Positions 59,745-64,000 of a stretch of DNA of 64,000 nt are shown in pieces (position 1 is the stretch's first letter; each line of letters begins with the position of its first letter). The stretch lies in assembly GCA_964429515.1 (NCBI GenBank), contig CAYSCJ010000007.1, positions 741-64,740 on the forward strand, written 5' to 3'. The position numbers and the translations under genes are program-made. The notes beneath the pieces were generated by a model. The model had not been told where the DNA came from and did no database searches. It worked only from the letters and a program-made list of their open reading frames with translations. The stretch is from an uncultured Taibaiella sp. (GTDB lineage: Bacteria; Bacteroidota; Bacteroidia; Chitinophagales; Chitinophagaceae).

Positions 59745-60698
59745 ATGAACGATAATAATAGTTTCGATTTACTGTACATTTTCAAGTTATTATTCAAGAA
59801 GAAAAAATTCATCATTCTTACTACGCTTGCTGCCGTTGCGATAGCTGCCATTGTAGTATTGATTGCGCCCAAGAAATACACCTCAAGTTCTATTTTCATA
59901 GTTAAAAATCCTATTCTATTAGACAGAAACTATGTTTTTAGAACCCAGATGTATGAAAACAAAGAATTCTTTGCCGTTCCTGAAGATGTAGACCAAGTAG
60001 AGTTAATATCAAAAAGTGAGGCCATGATTCGTTTTTTGGTTGAAAAATTTGATTTGGCAAACTATTATGGAATTAAGAACCCCTACTTTTTGCGAATGAA
60101 AATAAAAAACAACTTTGCTTTTAGTAGACAGGACACAAAGAATATTGAGATATTTTATACAGACAAAGACCCCGAAAAGGCAAGAGAAATTACACTTGCT
60201 ATCAGAAATTACATAGAAGATAAATTCTTAAAATACTTTATAGAATCTAACAGAACGATAGCAGAAGCTTTGCGTACCGAAATGCTACAAATGGATAGTA
60301 CCATTCAAACATATACAGATACCATAGTAGCTATTAAGAACGCATACCAACTCAACAACTATTTAGTACCCGTAAGAGGCGCCGTACAAACTACCCAAAC
60401 GGCAAGCAACTTAAGCACTGCACAAGTTGAAGCTCTAGAGCAACTACAAAACTTTACAGCACTGAAAGATAAACTGATTGACAACAAAGCTCAGTACTTA
60501 ACGCTAGTAAATGAATTTGAGATGGTGAGAAACGGTAATGTAAACATTTTCTATTTAGTACAAGACGCTTACACACCAGACGAAGCTTCGCACCCAAAAT
60601 CATTATTAATAATATTAGGGACTTTAATAGGTAGTTTATTCATAGCCAGCATCATTGTTGTTTTTGGAGCATTTTACCGCGAAAAAATAAAAGATTAA
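59745..60698 (+). CDS. Wzz-like polysaccharide co-polymerase (chain-length determinant) without kinase domain
   Basis: PCP topology: an N-terminal TM (IILTTLAAVAIAAIVVLIAP), a ~240-aa helical periplasmic region and a C-terminal TM (LLIILGTLIGSLFIASIIVVFGAF). Confidence 0.6.
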   Translation: MNDNNSFDLLYIFKLLFKKKKFIILTTLAAVAIAAIVVLIAPKKYTSSSIFIVKNPILLDRNYVFRTQMYENKEFFAVPEDVDQVELISKSEAMIRFLVEKFDLANYYGIKNPYFLRMKIKNNFAFSRQDTKNIEIFYTDKDPEKAREITLAIRNYIEDKFLKYFIESNRTIAEALRTEMLQMDSTIQTYTDTIVAIKNAYQLNNYLVPVRGAVQTTQTASNLSTAQVEALEQLQNFTALKDKLIDNKAQYLTLVNEFEMVRNGNVNIFYLVQDAYTPDEASHPKSLLIILGTLIGSLFIASIIVVFGAFYREKIKD

Positions 60699-60744
60699 TC
60701 ACATACTACTATTGTCATAGCTATTAGCGGAGGTTTCACAAATT

Positions 60745-62211
60745 ATGCAGTTTTTTGGCGTAACAGATAAAGGAGAAAAAACCATTTATACTTGGGGCAT
60801 TGTCATACTGCTTCTAAGTATAATAGTGGGTACCTACTTTTCTTTTTACTGGATATTTTTATTGCCATTAATAGCTGCGGGAGTATTCTTTGGCATCGTA
60901 GATTGGCGTGGCTTCTATTGGCTATTTCTATTATCGATACCCTTTTCCATACAGATATATTTGCCCGGTGGACTTTCTACCACCCTTCCAGACGAGCCAA
61001 TGATGTGGTTTTTGCTACTGGTAAGTATCTTCATGTTCATAGCGCAAAAAAAACTAGTACCAGACTGGTTTTTAAAGAGCCCAATGACACTAATGATATT
61101 CTTACACTACATATGGATAGTGGTAGCAGTAGTGCTGTCTGAAATTTTTCTACCTTCTTTAAAATACATTGTAGCCAAAACGTGGTTTCTAAATGCATTT
61201 TTCATTTTACCCATTTATTTCTTTAAGTCGAAAGCCGACTTTGTGAGAGCCTTTAAGCTGATATACATACCGTTTATCATCATCTTTGTATTTATATTTA
61301 TACGCCACGCTTTCTTAAATTTCGGGTTTTTAGAGTCGAATATGGCTGCCCGACCCTTCTTTTTCAATCACGTAGACCATAGTACCATTTTATCAATGAC
61401 GCTACCTATGATGATAATAGCCTACCAGCTATTTAAAGGGCACTATCAAATAAAATGGCTGCTATTAGGTATCATTATTTTTATGATTCCTGCCTTATTT
61501 GTAGCGCAAGCTAGGGCTGCAATGTTGGCCATAATATTTGCCTTAGTGATATGGTTTGCTTTCATAAAGAAGATAGGCCATTGGATAATGCCGCTATTTT
61601 ACGCAGTCGCTATTTCACTTGTGGCCGGACTGATATATAATCAGAATTACGTAGCACTGAAACCCGACTTTAGGCATACTTACACACAACCCAACTTTGC
61701 TAGTTTGGTTAAGGCTACCGTTGCAGGCAAAGATATGTCGTCGATGGAGCGATTGTACCGATGGATAGCCTCGGTGAGGATGAGTGGCGAAAGACCCCTA
61801 ACTGGTGTAGGCCCCAATAACTGGAATGAATTTTACAAAACGCATGCCTTATCTGAATTTAGAACGTATGTGAGCAGAAATCCGGAGCGCTCGACCACTC
61901 ACAACTACTTTGTATTTATGCTAACGGAGCAAGGCTGGCCTGCGATGATTATTTATGGCATACTAATTTGGGTATATTTCCGCTATGCACAAAGGCTATA
62001 TTGGCGCATTCAAGACGTCTTTTATAAAAAAATAATATTAGGCTTAGCCATGACTTTTGGTGCAGGGTTTGTAAACAACTTCTTCTCGGAATTGCTGGAA
62101 ACGCACAAAATAGGCGCAATTTTCTTTTTGTGTATTTCGCTAACTATTATCATCGATAACATTACACGCAATGAGGCTGCCAATACCAATAATCAATTGG
62201 CTTCGTCTTAA
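60745..62211 (+). CDS. O-antigen ligase / Wzy_C family membrane protein
   Basis: 488 aa with ~10-12 TM segments. It has a large loop carrying R..A.. and an H-containing segment (VAQARAAMLAIIFAL ... TTHNYFVFMLTEQGW), typical of O-antigen ligase-like proteins. Confidence 0.65.
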   Translation: MQFFGVTDKGEKTIYTWGIVILLLSIIVGTYFSFYWIFLLPLIAAGVFFGIVDWRGFYWLFLLSIPFSIQIYLPGGLSTTLPDEPMMWFLLLVSIFMFIAQKKLVPDWFLKSPMTLMIFLHYIWIVVAVVLSEIFLPSLKYIVAKTWFLNAFFILPIYFFKSKADFVRAFKLIYIPFIIIFVFIFIRHAFLNFGFLESNMAARPFFFNHVDHSTILSMTLPMMIIAYQLFKGHYQIKWLLLGIIIFMIPALFVAQARAAMLAIIFALVIWFAFIKKIGHWIMPLFYAVAISLVAGLIYNQNYVALKPDFRHTYTQPNFASLVKATVAGKDMSSMERLYRWIASVRMSGERPLTGVGPNNWNEFYKTHALSEFRTYVSRNPERSTTHNYFVFMLTEQGWPAMIIYGILIWVYFRYAQRLYWRIQDVFYKKIILGLAMTFGAGFVNNFFSELLETHKIGAIFFLCISLTIIIDNITRNEAANTNNQLASS

Positions 62212-62815
62212 TATCTATTGGATTCCTGTTTCCCTTCTTACATAAACTTCTTCCATATATTTATAAAAATATACTGAAGATATATGCATCAATAAATAGC
62301 TTAATAAAGTTTCATAAAAAGATTGGACGGCTAGCAGAATTAGCACAAAGCGCCCCAAAACATCGCTAAAGTATTAATCACTCAAAAACAAAAGGAGCTA
62401 TATCTATGTATAGCCCCCTTTTTATTTAAACCCTATCACTATGAAACACTGACCATTTTCACCATAAAAAAAATGACCAGCTCATGTACATTTGTCTAAC
62501 AAATCGTATGCCAAAAAAAACACAACTCATATTTTTTTTATCTATAAAAATTATTACTAATTCTTTATCAATAACTTGTGTTAAGCATTTTTTTATAGCC
62601 TACAGCGTACAAACCCAAAAATTGCCAAGACTATAGATAAAGTGGTGATAGAAATGCAAAGTGGCTATTCAAAAAGAACAGCCACCTAACAATCTTTGAT
62701 ATTAATTATTGTGTATTGTGAAGAATAGTTTACCTACACAAAAGTGAAATATTAAGGGCGCGGGCAACCATATTACTAGTTACTCACCAATCTTGCGGAG
62801 GCGAAAAACTTTGGC

Positions 62816-63781
62816 TTAACCTTTACGGGCAATCGCTTTATGAGCTGCTGCCACAATATGCTCTTTACTAAGGCCATACTTTGCTAATAGTTCCAAAGGT
62901 TTTCCGCTTTCACCAAAGGTATCTTTAACGGCAACGTACTCTTGCGGCACAGGGCAATATTTGGAAGCTACTTGTGCTACACTATCTCCTAAGCCACCAT
63001 TTTCCTGATGCTCTTCGGCAGTAACCACACAGCCGGTTTTAGACAATGATTTGCAGATAGCGTCCACGTCTAGCGGCTTTATGGTGTGCATATTTATAAC
63101 CTCTACACTTATATTTTCGGCTTCAAGTATTTTAGCGGCTTCCATCGCAGTCCATACCAAATGCCCGCACGCTATGATAGTAACATCTGTACCTTCTTTA
63201 ATAATTTGTGCTTTACCGATAACAAAGTCGCTACCATCTTCGGCAGTGAAGTTGGCCCATTTTACCCTACCAAATCTAAGGTAAACCGGCCCCTGGTGCT
63301 CGGCTATAGCTTTAGTAGCAGCTTTTGTTTGGTTAAAATCGCATGGCACAATAACGGTCATTCCAGGAAGCATTTTCATCATGCCAATATCTTCCAACAC
63401 TTGGTGTGTGGCGCCGTCTTCACCTAAGGTAAGCCCAGCATGTGATGCACAAATTTTGACATTTTTATCGCTATATGCAACAGACTGTCTAATTTGGTCG
63501 TACACTCTCGAAGTAGAGAAGTTGGCAAAAGTAGTTGTATAAGGTATTTTACCTCCTATGGTGAGGCCGGCAGCGATACCTATCATATTTGCTTCAGCAA
63601 TGCCACATTGTACAAATCTATCCGGGAACTCTTTTATAAAAGCGTTTAGCTTTAGGGAGCCCGCCAAATCGGCTGTAAGGGCTACAACATTTGGATTTGT
63701 TTTGGCTACTTCGTAAATACCCTCACCGAATCCGGCCCGGGTTTCTTTTTCGTTCTGCAAAGTGTATTTATCTAAAGACAT
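62816..63781 (-). CDS. Transketolase family protein, C-terminal (pyrimidine-binding plus C-terminal domain) subunit
   Basis: 321 aa with FPDRFVQCGIAEANMIGIAAGL, GLTLGEDGATHQ and GKAQIIKEGTDVTIIACG, typical of split-transketolase subunit B. Confidence 0.9.
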   Translation of the reverse strand: MSLDKYTLQNEKETRAGFGEGIYEVAKTNPNVVALTADLAGSLKLNAFIKEFPDRFVQCGIAEANMIGIAAGLTIGGKIPYTTTFANFSTSRVYDQIRQSVAYSDKNVKICASHAGLTLGEDGATHQVLEDIGMMKMLPGMTVIVPCDFNQTKAATKAIAEHQGPVYLRFGRVKWANFTAEDGSDFVIGKAQIIKEGTDVTIIACGHLVWTAMEAAKILEAENISVEVINMHTIKPLDVDAICKSLSKTGCVVTAEEHQENGGLGDSVAQVASKYCPVPQEYVAVKDTFGESGKPLELLAKYGLSKEHIVAAAHKAIARKG

Positions 63782-63852
63782 ATAAGTAGAAAAAAGTGAT
63801 TATGACTATGTGAATGGGTGCAAAGGTCGAAATTTATATACATATTATCGAA

Positions 63853-64000
63853 TTAATTATTTTCTAATGAAAATAATGAATCAACGAACTCAAATTTGTT
63901 GAAGATTTGTAAATCTTCCATTTTTTCTCCCACACCTATGTATTTTACTGGAATTTTAAACTGATGGGTTATAGCCAATACCACGCCTCCTTTGGCAGTG
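63853..64000 (-). CDS. ftsY: Signal recognition particle receptor FtsY, C-terminal 48 codons only (gene continues beyond window)
   Basis: Not in the ORF track because it is too short. Minus-strand translation from 63999 gives TAKGGVVLAITHQFKIPVKYIGVGEKMEDLQIFNKFEFVDSLFSLENN*, which matches the conserved FtsY C-terminus (TAKGG...YIGVGE..EDL..F....F...LF). Confidence 0.8.
   Translation of the reverse strand, partial: TAKGGVVLAITHQFKIPVKYIGVGEKMEDLQIFNKFEFVDSLFSLENN

Noticed and set aside
62508-62630. 40-codon ORF (MPKKTQLIFFLSIKIITNSLSITCVKHFFIAYSVQTQKLPRL) in the long spacer
   Set aside because: It is too short and too AT-driven to support without conservation or expression data.

Overview
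This is a Bacteroidota-type chromosomal segment, AT-rich at roughly 40% GC by eye (not computed). The phylum call rests on three things: many genes are preceded by the TAnnTTTG -7 box, two proteins carry T9SS type-B (gliding-motility) C-terminal sorting domains, and there is an exbB-exbD-exbD-tonB cluster plus a carboxypeptidase-regulatory-domain TonB-dependent receptor.

I call about 48 densely packed protein genes, almost all core housekeeping:
- Fe-S assembly: sufBCD.
- Chaperones, translation and targeting: groES/groEL, cysS, prfA, rsmI, ftsY (partial).
- DNA and queuosine: recQ, tgt, queE.
- Envelope and lipid: uppP, pssA, plsC, an LptF/G permease, an AsmA-family protein, an MsbA-like ABC exporter.
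- Regulation: one HK/OmpR pair and one orphan LuxR-type response regulator.
- Peptidases: five (S9B, two M28, M20, S46).
- Surface-polysaccharide genes: two Wzx-like flippases, a GT-C-like membrane protein, an FkbM methyltransferase, a Wzz-like co-polymerase and an O-antigen-ligase-like protein.
- Central metabolism: a lone transketolase C-terminal subunit.

I saw no rRNA, tRNA, CRISPR array, transposase, integrase, phage gene or recognisable defence gene. I do not find convincing evidence for a novel multi-gene system in this window.

The most unusual items are non-coding:
- A GC-rich repeat-bearing patch lies between asmA and groES, with related blocks at two other gene ends.
- A 30-nt hairpin is duplicated on both sides of a DUF4468 gene.
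- A 398-bp spacer splits sufB from sufC.
- Paired palindromes sit in the sufB leader.
- Two ~600-bp spacers are gene-free.

On the coding side, the points worth a look are a convergent pair of uncharacterised secreted proteins (an EGF-like lipoprotein and a DUF4468 protein), an uncharacterised ~6-fold repeat domain in a T9SS cargo protein, and a prfA-FkbM-Wzz-ligase gene string.

All functional calls come from motif and family recognition by eye. No database search was run.
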